DNA of 64,000 nt from a virus. Lineage: Duplodnaviria > Heunggongvirae > Uroviricota > Caudoviricetes. The translations under genes were made by a program, and so were the position numbers. Positions 23,489-34,077 of the stretch are shown here, piece by piece. The first letter of the stretch is position 1. Each line of letters begins with the position of its first letter. The notes under the pieces were generated by a model that saw nothing but the letters and a program-made list of their open reading frames with translations, had not been told where the DNA came from and searched no databases. The stretch spans positions 44,702 through 108,701 of IMG/VR virus record IMGVR_UViG_2974569193_000001. One strand, written 5' to 3'.

Positions 23489-26400
23489 ATGGGCGCAGCT
23501 ATTGCTCTTCCGATCGTCTCGGCCATTGTCAGTACGGCGATCAGCTACATCTTCCCGGACGAAGGTCCGCGCCTGCGCGACACCAAGGTCTCGGCCTCGA
23601 CCTACGGCAACGTGATTCCCGAAATCTTCGGGACCGCGCGCGTGGCCGGCAACATGATCTGGTCCAAGCCCTTCACCGAGAAGAAGAAGAAGAAGCGCGC
23701 CGGCAAGGGCGGCTCCTACTACAACCAGTACACCTACTTCTGCGACTTCGCGATGGGCTTCTGCAAGGGTCCGGTCAAGGAGGTGCGGCGCATCTGGGCC
23801 GACGGCAAGGTGATCTACGACACCACCGGCGGCTCGGAGGTCGTCGATAACAACAAGTACCGCTTCCGCTTCTACGCCGGCGATGAAGAGCAGCTTCCCG
23901 ACAGCCTCGTTTCGGAAGACAAGGGCCTGGACTACGCGCCGGCCTATCGCGGGCTCTGCTACGTCGTGTTCGACGACTTCGCCCTGGCCGATTTCGGCAA
24001 CCGCATCCCCCAGATCATGGCCGAGGTCTATGCCGGCGACGAGGGCGGCACGGCGATCACCGACGTCACCTCGCTCGGCGACGACACGCCCCAACCGGGC
24101 GGCTCCTTCGCCCTGGACCAGTGCATCATCGACACCGACCGGGGCTATTTCTACCTCGTCGACCAAATCTCCGACCCGCGTGGCGGCGTGCTGCGCCGCT
24201 TCCTGCTGTCGAACGGCAAGGAAGATCGGCGCGAACTGGTGCAGGTGGCGCCCAAGACGTCGCCGTCGGTCTACGACAGCCCGGCCCTGACCTCCGTGCG
24301 CGGCTTGACGTCGAAGGGCGAACTGCTCTGCGTGTTCGGCGGCATCAACAACTACATGCGGATCGAGAAGCTCGATCCCTATTCCTGGACCTCGCTGGGG
24401 ACGGTGGGGCGCAGCTTCCCGTTCGAAAATCCCGACCGCCCCGACTTTAGCCTGGAGTTCTCGAACGCCGACTTCAAGACCTCGCGCGACGACAAGGGCA
24501 ACTACCTGACCCTGACGCTGGGCATCTTCGGCGAGTACAACATCTTCGACCCGACCAGTATGACCTACGTGTCCAAGGGGCACATGGCTGGCTGGAATGG
24601 TCCAGGCACGCCGATGTACATTACCGCGCGCCAGGGCGGCTCGCCGAGCGCGCGCCGCTTCTATCACGTCACCTACGACGGCGGCCCGACTCTGTCGGTG
24701 TGCAGCCTGGGTGAGACCCTCTACCATCACCCCCTGCCTCATCCGGGGCCGGCCGGCGCGACCGGCTGGGCCTTCTGGGACGAGGGTGATCCGGGCGTGG
24801 TCTTCTTCTACACCGACGGCAACCAGGATCGCTATCTGGCCAAGTGGTCGGAGACGACCGGCGCCCTGGCGTGGCAGACCCAACTCCGCAACAGCGACCC
24901 GGTCTGCGGCTATCCGGTCTGGGGCATGGACGCGCGGATCAAGGACAACGAACTCCACTGGGTCTATATCGACCACCTGTTCTCGATCAACACCTCGACG
25001 GGCAAGTGGATCGACCGCACCTTCGACCAGGACTTCTACAAGACCACGAACGACAAAACCGCCGACCAAGTCAATGACGGCGATCGCGGCCAGTTGCTGT
25101 CCCGCGAGGTCGCCTACGACCACGTCATCTACGACCCGCGCCGCAACATCGTCATCGGCCTGGGCAACCCCCAGGTCACCAACGGCATCGTGCATGTCGG
25201 GGCCTATACCGGGCAGAAGACCAACGTCGGCCGCATCGTCGAGCAGTTGCTGGTCACCACGGGGCAGTTGACCTCCAACGACTACGACCTGACGCCGCTC
25301 TACGAAATCCCCGTGCGCGGCTACGGCTATGCGACCTCGACCGACGTCAAGTCGATCATCTCCGAACTGCGCAACCTGTTCATGTTCGACCTCGTCGAAA
25401 GCGACGGCAAGCTGGTGGCGCGCGTGCGCGGCGACCAGGAGGCGGACGCCGAGGTCCCCTGGCAGCTTCTCGGCTCCCAGAGCGGCCCCAGCGACGACAA
25501 GGCCGAATACTGGAAGGAGACGCGGATGTCGGAGTCCGATCTCCCGTCCGCGATCGACCTGACCTACATGAACATCGACGACGACTACAACCCGTCGACG
25601 GCCAAGTCCAAGCGCATCTCCTCGCCGGTGGCGACCATGATGTCGCGCCAGCAGGTCAAGACCGAGTGCAACCTCGTCATGGACGCGACCGAGGCCAAGA
25701 ACCGCGTCAACATCATGCTCTACACCCAGTGGGACGAGCGCACCCAGCACAACACCGCCCTGCCCTGGGCGTTCGCGCACCTGGACGCCTCCGACCTCAT
25801 CTCGGTGACCATGGAGGACGGCCGCAACTACTTCGACCGCATCGGCTCGATCGAGTTCGGTGCCGACTTCTCCTCGCGCCTGGAGACCTACGGCACCGAC
25901 AGCGGCGCCTACCTGTCCGAGAAGGTCGGTGACGGCGGCGGCGCGGGTCGCCCGACCGTGGTTCATGCGCCCAAGCCGGTCGTGGGCTTCATCATGAACC
26001 TGCCGCTGCTGCGCGACACCCACGACACCGGCGCCAACTTCTCCAACTGGTACAGCGCCATCGGCCAGGGCGCGCCGGGCACCTTCTATGGCGGGACGAT
26101 GTTCAAGTCCGCCAACAGCCAGGACTACGTCGATCTCTACCAGGAGACCGAGAGCGCCGAGTGGGGCACCGTCAAGGGGATCGTCCCGCCGGCCTCGCGC
26201 GGCTGGTTCGCGCTGGACTGGGAGACCAAGATCACCATCGTCCCGGCGGTCGAGTTCTTCGAACTGGAGTCGATCACCGACGACGAACTGTGGGAAGGCC
26301 AGAACGGCTTCGTGGTCGGTAACGAGGTCATGCAGTTCCGCGACGCGGTTGAGAACGCCGACGGGACCTGGACGATCTGGAACCTGCTGCGCGGCCGGCG

Positions 26401-26971
26401 CGGGACGCAGTACGCCTGCGACACCCACGTCGCGGGCGAGAAGTTCATCTTCCTGGACGAGCGCTCGCTCGAACTCCAGGCCGAGAACCTCGACACCGCC
26501 GGGCAGAACCGCTGGTACAAGGCGGTCGGCTCGGGCATGTCGCTGTTCGAGACCGACGCCACCCAGATCAACTACCAGCCGCGCGACCTCATGCCCTACC
26601 GGCCGTCGGACATCCGCCGCGCGATCGCCGGCGGGGACGTGACGGTCACCTGGAAGCGCCGCACGCGCTTCACCGCCACCATGAAGGACGGCACGGGCGT
26701 GGTTCCGGTCAACGAGGGCAGCGAAGCCTACGAGGCCTATGTGCTGGCCACGGCGTTCACGGGTGACCCTTCGCGTCAGGACGCGCCGGCGACTTTCGTG
26801 CGGAAATACGACCTGACGAGCCCCACCTTCACCTATACGGCGGCCGAGCAGACGGCCGATGGATTTGACGTGAATCTTGACACTCTCCACGTCGTGATCT
26901 ATCAGTTGAGTTCGGCTGTTGGTCGGGGTTTCCCCGGCGCTCGCTCGATCGAGTCCTGGCAGGACTTCTAA
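23489..26971 (+). CDS. tail tip / host-specificity protein (J-like)
   Basis: YGNVIPEIFGTARVAGNMIW, PAYRGLCYVVF, GNRIPQI, LLRGRRGT, TWKRRTR. Confidence 0.9.
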   Translation: MGAAIALPIVSAIVSTAISYIFPDEGPRLRDTKVSASTYGNVIPEIFGTARVAGNMIWSKPFTEKKKKKRAGKGGSYYNQYTYFCDFAMGFCKGPVKEVRRIWADGKVIYDTTGGSEVVDNNKYRFRFYAGDEEQLPDSLVSEDKGLDYAPAYRGLCYVVFDDFALADFGNRIPQIMAEVYAGDEGGTAITDVTSLGDDTPQPGGSFALDQCIIDTDRGYFYLVDQISDPRGGVLRRFLLSNGKEDRRELVQVAPKTSPSVYDSPALTSVRGLTSKGELLCVFGGINNYMRIEKLDPYSWTSLGTVGRSFPFENPDRPDFSLEFSNADFKTSRDDKGNYLTLTLGIFGEYNIFDPTSMTYVSKGHMAGWNGPGTPMYITARQGGSPSARRFYHVTYDGGPTLSVCSLGETLYHHPLPHPGPAGATGWAFWDEGDPGVVFFYTDGNQDRYLAKWSETTGALAWQTQLRNSDPVCGYPVWGMDARIKDNELHWVYIDHLFSINTSTGKWIDRTFDQDFYKTTNDKTADQVNDGDRGQLLSREVAYDHVIYDPRRNIVIGLGNPQVTNGIVHVGAYTGQKTNVGRIVEQLLVTTGQLTSNDYDLTPLYEIPVRGYGYATSTDVKSIISELRNLFMFDLVESDGKLVARVRGDQEADAEVPWQLLGSQSGPSDDKAEYWKETRMSESDLPSAIDLTYMNIDDDYNPSTAKSKRISSPVATMMSRQQVKTECNLVMDATEAKNRVNIMLYTQWDERTQHNTALPWAFAHLDASDLISVTMEDGRNYFDRIGSIEFGADFSSRLETYGTDSGAYLSEKVGDGGGAGRPTVVHAPKPVVGFIMNLPLLRDTHDTGANFSNWYSAIGQGAPGTFYGGTMFKSANSQDYVDLYQETESAEWGTVKGIVPPASRGWFALDWETKITIVPAVEFFELESITDDELWEGQNGFVVGNEVMQFRDAVENADGTWTIWNLLRGRRGTQYACDTHVAGEKFIFLDERSLELQAENLDTAGQNRWYKAVGSGMSLFETDATQINYQPRDLMPYRPSDIRRAIAGGDVTVTWKRRTRFTATMKDGTGVVPVNEGSEAYEAYVLATAFTGDPSRQDAPATFVRKYDLTSPTFTYTAAEQTADGFDVNLDTLHVVIYQLSSAVGRGFPGARSIESWQDF
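26867..26881 (+). promoter_or_regulatory. promoter motif variant GACGTGAATCTTGAC inside the tail-tip 3' end
   Basis: 14/15 match, upstream of the tail fibre genes. Confidence 0.55.
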
Positions 26972-27042
26972 GCTCCCTTTCCACAATCCCACCGATCCCG
27001 GAGCGATCCGGGATCGGCCCTTGTCATAAAAGCCGTGGAACG

Positions 27043-27888
27043 ATGACCGACTACACGCCGATCCTGGGCATCCCCGAAGTCGCGCCCAACCAGAACCAAA
27101 AAGAAGACACGATCAACACCGGCTTCGCGATTCTGGAGGCGGCGCAGAACGACGACGTCCAGATCACGGTGACGTCCGGGACCTACAACGTCACCGCCGA
27201 CCAGTTCACCAAGGCCTTCGTGCATCGGTATTCGGGGCACGCCGACGCCACCGTGGTCGCGGTGATCCCGACCTCCGCCCGCTGGTTTGCCCTGTCGAAC
27301 GAAGGCGGGTTCGCCATGGGTCTGAAGGTCTTCGGGCAGGTGCCCGTCGTGACCATCCAGCCGGGCAAGATCGTCCTCTTCCAGTCCGACGGCGTCACCC
27401 TGCGCGCAGTGTCCGAGGGTGTCAGCCGCATCTTCGATCTCTCCGACGTCGACGGCTCCGATACGCCCTCCAACGGCCAGACCCTGGTCTGGAACTCGAC
27501 CTCCGGTCAGTTCGAGCCGGCCGATCTCCCGGCCGACGTCGATTTCTGGACGAGCGGGGCCACGGCCGGCAGCGGCGTGGTTCTGCGCAAGCTCTTCCTG
27601 CGGCCGGTGCGCTTCCTGGCCGATTTCCTGGGCTCGATCGCTAAGGCGGGCGTCGCCGCCACCGGCAGCGCCGTCTTCACGGTCAAGAAGACCACGGGCG
27701 TGACGACCACCAACGTCGGCACCATCACCTTCACCGGAACCACCGCCACCTTCTCCACCGATGTCGGGGCGGGTTCGGTCACCGTCAATTTCGGCGCCGG
27801 CGACATCATGACCATCACCGGTCCCGCCTCCGCCAACGCCACCCTCGCTGACATCGTCGCTTCCCTCAAGGGCGTCATCCTGCAATGA
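27043..27888 (+). CDS. short tail fibre/spike protein (DUF2793-like N-terminus)
   Basis: MTDYTPILGIPEVAPNQNQKEDTINT N-terminus shared with the next ORF. Confidence 0.75.
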   Translation: MTDYTPILGIPEVAPNQNQKEDTINTGFAILEAAQNDDVQITVTSGTYNVTADQFTKAFVHRYSGHADATVVAVIPTSARWFALSNEGGFAMGLKVFGQVPVVTIQPGKIVLFQSDGVTLRAVSEGVSRIFDLSDVDGSDTPSNGQTLVWNSTSGQFEPADLPADVDFWTSGATAGSGVVLRKLFLRPVRFLADFLGSIAKAGVAATGSAVFTVKKTTGVTTTNVGTITFTGTTATFSTDVGAGSVTVNFGAGDIMTITGPASANATLADIVASLKGVILQ

Positions 27889-30800
27889 CCGACTACACGC
27901 CGATCCTGAAGCTGCCTGAGGTCGCGCCGAACCAGAACCAGAAGGAAGACACGATCAACACCGCGCTCGCCATCCTGGAGAGCGCGATGAACAACGTGAA
28001 GCCCTACACCCTGTCGGGCGCGGGTCCGTTCGCCCTGACCGACGACGACTTCACTCGCTACTTCCTGCACCGCTTCTCGGGCCAGACCGCCGCCTACGAG
28101 ATCACCGTCCCCGCTGGCCAGCCGCGTTGGTTCGCCGTCGAGAACGCCGGCAGCTTCGCGATCACCGTGCGCTGCTTCGGCGTGGTCGGCGGCCTGCCGT
28201 TCGAGGTCCCCTCCGGCAAGATTGGCCTCGTGGTCTCCGACGGCGCGGACCTGCGCACGGTCGTGCCGCAGTCGGGCATGGGCCTGCTCCAGGACCTTTC
28301 CGACGTCTCGGGCGTGCCCACCGACAAGCAGGTCCTGCGCTATGATGCGCCGACGAACCTGTGGAAGCCCTCGACCTTCCTGATCTCGTTTGGCGAACTG
28401 ACCGACACGCCCAACAACTACTTCGGAGCCAACGGCAAGATCGTCGCGGTCAACGCTGCGGGCGATGGCCTGGAGTTCGTCTCCTCGGCCGCCAACGTCA
28501 ACTCCTTCGTCGACCTCGACGACACGCCCAGCAGCTACTCGGGCGCCGCCGGCCTGACCGTCAAGGTCTCCTCGGGCGGCACCGGCCTGATCTTCGCCGC
28601 CCCGACCTTCCTCGAAGCCGCTGACACGCCCAACAGCTACGTCGGGCAGGCCAAGAAGTACCTGCGCGTCAAGTCCGACTTCTCGGGCCTGGAGTTCTTC
28701 GGCGTCGCCTTGACCGACCTCACCGACGGACCCGGCAGCTACTCGGGCGCGGCCGGCAAGTTCGTGCGCGTCAAGTCCGACGGCACCGGCTTTGAGTTCA
28801 ACAATGGCTCGGGCGGGCCGGACAACTTCCTGGACCTGACCGACACGCCTGACGCGTACACGGGTCAGGGGAGCAAGGCCGTTCGCGTCAAGTCTGACGT
28901 CAGCGGCCTGGAGTTCTATACCCCCACGCTGCTGGGCCTGGGCGACACGCCGGCCAACTACACCGGCGCGGCCAACAAGGTCCTGCGGGTCAACGGCTCG
29001 GGTAACGCGGTCGTCTTCAGCACCCTGGCCTTCGGCGACTTGTCGAACGTCCCGCTGCCGGAGGCCAACAAGTGGCTGCGCTGGAGCCCGACGGGCACGG
29101 CGATCGTCAACGACACCCCTACCTTCCTGGGGCTGCTGGACACCCCCAACGCCTATGCGGGCAACGAGGGCAAGTACGTCTACGTCAAGGGTGACGGTTC
29201 GGGCCTGGGCTTTGCCGCCTCGTCGGTCAACCTGTCGTTCCTGGAACTGAACGACGCGATCGATACCACCTACGACAGCAAGACCGACATGGTGCCGATC
29301 GTCACGATCGTCACCGGCACGCCGGTGCTCAAGCTGGGCTACTACGCCTTCAATAAGCTGGCGGGCGTCAGCCTCTCCTCGCCCACCGAAGGGCAAATCC
29401 TCGGCTATGATGCCGACCTGGGCCTGTGGACCAATATCGACGCGCCCGAGGGCGGCGGCGGCGGCTCGATCGGCGTGCCCTCCTATGGCGAACACGCCTA
29501 CTGGCGCCTGCTGCTGCACGCCACCGATGGCAGCACCGTCCAATACGGCATCCAGGAAATCCAGTTCAAGCACTCCAAGACCGGCGGGGACTTGGCCAAC
29601 GGCGGTACGGCCTCGGCCAGCAGCGATGAGTTCGGCACCGTCTCGGGCGCCTTCGACAATGTCATCTCCGGCGCGTGGTTCTCCAGCACCGCCAGCGACG
29701 GGGAGTGGATCGCCTACCACTTCGCCACCCCGGCTGACGTGCGTTATGTGACGCTTCAGGGCTCGCAATCTCAGCCCAACACTTCGCCCAGCGCGTTCTC
29801 CGTCCAATACAGCGACGACGGTACCGTCTACACCACCGCCTGGGAAGTCACGGGGCAGAACGGCTGGGCGCCGGGCCAGACCCGCGAGTTCCATGCGCCG
29901 ATCGACCTCTTCTTCACCGATCTGGCCGACGCCCCGCCCAGCTATATCGGGCAGGCGCTCAAGGTCCTGCGGGTCAATGCTGGCGAAACCGCGCTCGAAC
30001 TCTTCACCCTGCCGTCGATCCCGACCAAGCTCGATGACCTGACCGATGTCCAGGTCACGGGGACTCCGGTCGACGGGCAGGTCCTGGCCTGGGACGACGC
30101 AACGGGGGTCTTCAAGCCCACGTCCGTTCCGGGCATTACGCCGACCGCCTTCACGGACCTGACCGACGCGCCCACCTCCTACGCGGGCGAGGGCGGTAAC
30201 GCCGTGCGCGTCAAGATGACCGAGGACGGCCTGGAGTTCTACACGCCGGGCACGGGTGGCGGCGGCAGCGGCGGCAGCTATCGCGGGACTTGGGCGTCGG
30301 GCTCCGAGCAGGTCATCCTCAACTTCGAGAGCGGTGAACTCAACCCCGCCTTCACCTACGACGCGGCCGGGTTCAACGTCGTCATCCAGCCTGACGCGGT
30401 CTCCGGCACCACCCTGGCCCTGAAGTTCCGTCCGATCGGCAACGGCGGCCTCTGCTACTGCGAACTGCCCGTCGTGGATGCGGTGGGCATCGCCAACTTC
30501 AAGGTCCGCTACAAGGTTTCCTCCGAAGGCCCGGACTTGTTCCGGGTCATCCAGGATGGCACCACCACGCTGTTGACCGACAGCGGCAACACCGGGCTCT
30601 ATGAGGAGGGCTCCTTCCCGGTCACCGGCGACCACACCCTGCGCTTCCAGTACACCAAGGATGGTTCGCTGGCGGTTGGTGACGACACCGTCTACATCTC
30701 TCAGATCACCTATTTCAAGACCCTGACCAACCCCTATGTCTATGGGGACACGATCACCTATGCCGGGTCCTATTGGCTCTGCCGCGTCAGCGGCACCTCC

Positions 30801-32621
30801 GAGCAGCCGGGCGTGGGTGACGATTGGATCAAGCTGCCCGACAAGCTGGCGCTCCTGACGGACGTCGACCTTTCGATTCCTCCGTCGCCCGGACAGGCCC
30901 TGGTCTTCGACGGGGCGTCCTCGAAGTTCAAGGCCGGCGATGTCGCCGGCGGATCGGGCGGGACCACCAAGTATAACGCCGGTGTCACCCCGCGCACGCG
31001 CCTGCATCGTGCCGCGACGCAGTCGATCGCCTCGTCGACCTGGACGGCCGTCCAGTGGGACACCGAGGCCGAGGATGCGATCAACGCCTTCAACAGCGCG
31101 GCCAATACCCGCATCACCATCCCGAACGGCATCAAGGCCGCGCGCGTGACGGCCTACGCCAACTGGGTGTCTCCGGTGTCGGGCGCCACGGTGGGTATGG
31201 CCTTGCGCCGTAACGGCATTGAAATCGGGGTCGGCGGCGGTTCGCCGATCGTGGCTTCGCGCGATGGCCTCTATCAGAGCCATCTCAATTTCACGTCCGA
31301 ATGGTTCCCCGTGACGCCTGGGGACTACTATGAGGTGTTCGTTCTCCAGGCCACCGGCAGCACCGCCAATCTCAACGGGCCGGTCACGAACTATGGGGAA
31401 AACACCTACGTCCAGTTCGAGTGGGATGAAGGCACCACGGCCTCGACGGCGGTCGCCGGCGACTTTCACGCCGCCCACCAGGGCTGGCGGGTTCTGACCC
31501 TCGACAGCCAGACGGGCACCTACGCGACGTTCTCGGAACTGAAGTTCTATGACCGCACCGGCGTCCAGATCGCCACGACGGGCGGGAAGCTCTTCGACAC
31601 CAACTCCCATGCCTCCTATCCGGTCCAGCAGGCGTTCGATGGTAACACCTCCACCTACTGGTCGTCGCTCCAGCAGACCTCGACGGGCCAGCTTGCTGGT
31701 CCTGGCTACATCTTCGCCACGCCTGTCGACGTGGGGTCGATCAAGCTGACCTCGACGGGGACCGACTTCAACACCACCAACTCGCCCAAGAATTTCGTCA
31801 TCCAGTACACCGATGATGGCGGCGCGTCTTGGCTCACCTATGCCACCTTCAGCAACCAGACGGCCTGGGGTGATAAGGAAGAGCGCACCTTCGTCCTGCC
31901 TCTCAGCGGGATCGCGCGGGTTGGCGGCGCGCGGGCGCTCGGCGAACTCAACGACGTCACGATCGGCACGCCGAAGAACGGCGACGTGCTGACCTACGAC
32001 GACGCGGCGTCGACCTGGAAGCAGAAGAGCCGCTGGGGCTATGCGCCGCCTAAGGTGGCCGACTTCCCTACCGCCGTGGGTACCGTCCCCCTGACCCTGT
32101 CGTATGACGACGAGGCCGGCCTGATGGTCGACTGCGGGGCCAGCGCCTCCGGGGATATCCAACGCGGCGTCTTCAAGGCTCTGCCCTCGGGGGACTGGTC
32201 TTTGACGGCCAAGATCGCCGACCATCTAGCGCCGGTCTACTACAACGCCGTCGGGGTCATGCTGCGTGAGTCGTCGACCAGCAAGATCGTGCTGTTCGGC
32301 TGCGAAGTCGCTGGTTCGAGCTTCTCCGTCCCCATGCGCCAAGTGCGCTTTTCCCGCCTTCCGGGCCTGTCGGGCTTCACGGCCAACGACTACGCCCGGC
32401 CGTCTCCGTCGCTGCCGCAGTGGTATCGCCTCTCCCTGACGGGCAGCACGCTGAAGGCCGAGGTGTCGGTTGACGGCAAGTTCTGGCGCACCGTGGTCTC
32501 GCAGGCCGTGACCACGGGGTTCACGGTCAAGCCCGACCAGATCGGGCTCGGCTGCTCGCTCAACTACACCGACAGCCAGAGCGCGATGTTCTCGGTCCCC
32601 TACTGGAGCCAGTCCTGGTAA
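27885..32621 (+). CDS. long tail fibre: ~30-aa DTPxxYxG..GLEF repeats, discoidin-like and C-terminal lectin-like domains
   Basis: 1578 aa; about 9-10 repeats; YWRLL..EIQF..AFD and WSS..AFD discoidin-like segments. Confidence 0.82.
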   Translation: MTDYTPILKLPEVAPNQNQKEDTINTALAILESAMNNVKPYTLSGAGPFALTDDDFTRYFLHRFSGQTAAYEITVPAGQPRWFAVENAGSFAITVRCFGVVGGLPFEVPSGKIGLVVSDGADLRTVVPQSGMGLLQDLSDVSGVPTDKQVLRYDAPTNLWKPSTFLISFGELTDTPNNYFGANGKIVAVNAAGDGLEFVSSAANVNSFVDLDDTPSSYSGAAGLTVKVSSGGTGLIFAAPTFLEAADTPNSYVGQAKKYLRVKSDFSGLEFFGVALTDLTDGPGSYSGAAGKFVRVKSDGTGFEFNNGSGGPDNFLDLTDTPDAYTGQGSKAVRVKSDVSGLEFYTPTLLGLGDTPANYTGAANKVLRVNGSGNAVVFSTLAFGDLSNVPLPEANKWLRWSPTGTAIVNDTPTFLGLLDTPNAYAGNEGKYVYVKGDGSGLGFAASSVNLSFLELNDAIDTTYDSKTDMVPIVTIVTGTPVLKLGYYAFNKLAGVSLSSPTEGQILGYDADLGLWTNIDAPEGGGGGSIGVPSYGEHAYWRLLLHATDGSTVQYGIQEIQFKHSKTGGDLANGGTASASSDEFGTVSGAFDNVISGAWFSSTASDGEWIAYHFATPADVRYVTLQGSQSQPNTSPSAFSVQYSDDGTVYTTAWEVTGQNGWAPGQTREFHAPIDLFFTDLADAPPSYIGQALKVLRVNAGETALELFTLPSIPTKLDDLTDVQVTGTPVDGQVLAWDDATGVFKPTSVPGITPTAFTDLTDAPTSYAGEGGNAVRVKMTEDGLEFYTPGTGGGGSGGSYRGTWASGSEQVILNFESGELNPAFTYDAAGFNVVIQPDAVSGTTLALKFRPIGNGGLCYCELPVVDAVGIANFKVRYKVSSEGPDLFRVIQDGTTTLLTDSGNTGLYEEGSFPVTGDHTLRFQYTKDGSLAVGDDTVYISQITYFKTLTNPYVYGDTITYAGSYWLCRVSGTSEQPGVGDDWIKLPDKLALLTDVDLSIPPSPGQALVFDGASSKFKAGDVAGGSGGTTKYNAGVTPRTRLHRAATQSIASSTWTAVQWDTEAEDAINAFNSAANTRITIPNGIKAARVTAYANWVSPVSGATVGMALRRNGIEIGVGGGSPIVASRDGLYQSHLNFTSEWFPVTPGDYYEVFVLQATGSTANLNGPVTNYGENTYVQFEWDEGTTASTAVAGDFHAAHQGWRVLTLDSQTGTYATFSELKFYDRTGVQIATTGGKLFDTNSHASYPVQQAFDGNTSTYWSSLQQTSTGQLAGPGYIFATPVDVGSIKLTSTGTDFNTTNSPKNFVIQYTDDGGASWLTYATFSNQTAWGDKEERTFVLPLSGIARVGGARALGELNDVTIGTPKNGDVLTYDDAASTWKQKSRWGYAPPKVADFPTAVGTVPLTLSYDDEAGLMVDCGASASGDIQRGVFKALPSGDWSLTAKIADHLAPVYYNAVGVMLRESSTSKIVLFGCEVAGSSFSVPMRQVRFSRLPGLSGFTANDYARPSPSLPQWYRLSLTGSTLKAEVSVDGKFWRTVVSQAVTTGFTVKPDQIGLGCSLNYTDSQSAMFSVPYWSQSW

Positions 32622-32622
32622 T

Positions 32623-32637
32623 GTCGTGAATCTTGAC
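32623..32637 (+). promoter_or_regulatory. GTCGTGAATCTTGAC promoter element
   Basis: Exact motif, upstream of the lysis cassette. Confidence 0.7.
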
Positions 32638-32698
32638 ATCGGCACAAATCCGGGCCATGGTCAAGACCTGATTTTCAGCACTTCCGGAATTCTCCCAC

Positions 32699-33337
32699 AT
32701 GCGTGTCTCTGACGCCGGTCTGAAGCTCATCCAGGCCTGGGAAGGTCTCGGTGACGGCAACCCCGCCACCGTCGACCTCGAACCCTACATCTGCCCGGCC
32801 AAGGTTTGGACCGTCGGCTGGGGGCACGCCCTGAAGACGCCGACCGGTCAGATCATCGACGTCGACGTCTTCGGCGCGGCCAGGGCCAAGGCCCTGGCCG
32901 CCGAATCCATGCAGCGCAAGTTCGGCAAGGGCGCCATCACCAAGGCCCAGGCCGTGGACCTCGTGCGCGAGGACGTGACCTTCTTCGAGCGGCAGGTCGA
33001 AAAGCTGGTCGCGGGCAATGCGGCCCAGTGCGAATTCGATGCCCTGGTGTCGTTCGCCTTCAACTGCGGCGTCGCCAACCTCCAGTCCTCGACCCTGCTG
33101 CGGATGCACAACGCCGGCAAGCGTAAGGTCGGCGACGTCTCGCTCTCGGACCTCTGCCAGAAGAGCAAGCTCACCACCCCGATCGATAACCCGGCCGTCG
33201 CGTTCGTCCGCTGGAATAAGTTCAACGGCAAGTGGGCGCTGGGGCTGTTCCGTCGGCGTCTGTCGGAGGCCTTGGTCTACGGCGGTCACGATCCTGACGA
33301 GGCGGTGAAGACCGCCCAAGCCTTCAAGGGCTGCTGA
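32699..33337 (+). CDS. endolysin, GH24 lysozyme
   Basis: IQAWEG..PYICPAKVWTVGWGH..QCEFDALVSFAFNCG..F.RW..GLFRRR. Confidence 0.92.
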   Translation: MRVSDAGLKLIQAWEGLGDGNPATVDLEPYICPAKVWTVGWGHALKTPTGQIIDVDVFGAARAKALAAESMQRKFGKGAITKAQAVDLVREDVTFFERQVEKLVAGNAAQCEFDALVSFAFNCGVANLQSSTLLRMHNAGKRKVGDVSLSDLCQKSKLTTPIDNPAVAFVRWNKFNGKWALGLFRRRLSEALVYGGHDPDEAVKTAQAFKGC

Positions 33338-33338
33338 C

Positions 33339-33827
33339 ATGAGCCTCTTCGGGATCATCGCCCTGACCGTGAAGTTCTTGATGAACCCGGCCGTCATGGG
33401 CGTCGTCTTCGCCACGATCGCGGCCCTGACCGGCCTGTGGTTCCTCGGCGGCCCGGCGCTGTTCTGGAAGGTGATCCGCGACGCGCGTCTTTGGCTGCTC
33501 GTCGCCGTGGCTTCGGTGGTCTTCGGCTACGCCCATCTCCAGGCCAAGCTCGAAAAGACCGAGCAGCGCCTGGAGCAGGTCGAGCAACAGAAGCAGGCTC
33601 ACGACGACGGCCAGGAGGTCGTCAAGAACAACATCAAAAAGCAGGTTAAGCGCGCCCAGCAGGGGGCCAAGTACCAAGAGGTTATCCACAATGCCCCGAC
33701 TGGCGAAAAGCTCGATGCTCTCCTCGACGAGTTCGCGCGCGATCAAGGCGTTCCTGATCCCCGCCCTCCTGCTGCTCTGCCTGACCCTGACGGCGTGTCA
33801 AAGTCTCCCGGTCGGATTCTCCCCTGA
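33339..33827 (+). CDS. inner-membrane spanin (i-spanin)
   Basis: N-terminal TM segments plus coiled-coil periplasmic tail; overlaps a lipoprotein ORF. Confidence 0.75.
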   Translation: MSLFGIIALTVKFLMNPAVMGVVFATIAALTGLWFLGGPALFWKVIRDARLWLLVAVASVVFGYAHLQAKLEKTEQRLEQVEQQKQAHDDGQEVVKNNIKKQVKRAQQGAKYQEVIHNAPTGEKLDALLDEFARDQGVPDPRPPAALPDPDGVSKSPGRILP

Positions 33828-34077
33828 CGATCTCTACCCGAAGGAACTGCGCACCTGCGCGCCTTCGCCTCAGGTCCCGCCGCGCCCCGCCCCCGATGCC
33901 CCGCGCTCGGAGGACGCCAAGGCCGGCTACATCAAGGATGACCACCTCGCCGGCGCCGACTGCCGCGACAAGGTCGAGTCCTGGAACGAGCGCGCCGTCA
34001 AGTACGAAGCCCAGTACAAGGCCATGAACGCCGGCCCGGTCGGCAAGCTGTTTGGCAAGCTGAAGGGGAAGCACTGA
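33691..34077 (+). CDS. outer-membrane lipoprotein spanin (o-spanin); start may be 33715
   Basis: Signal peptide with lipobox LTAC, Pro-rich; overlaps the i-spanin 3' end in another frame. Confidence 0.8.
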   Translation: MPRLAKSSMLSSTSSRAIKAFLIPALLLLCLTLTACQSLPVGFSPDDLYPKELRTCAPSPQVPPRPAPDAPRSEDAKAGYIKDDHLAGADCRDKVESWNERAVKYEAQYKAMNAGPVGKLFGKLKGKH

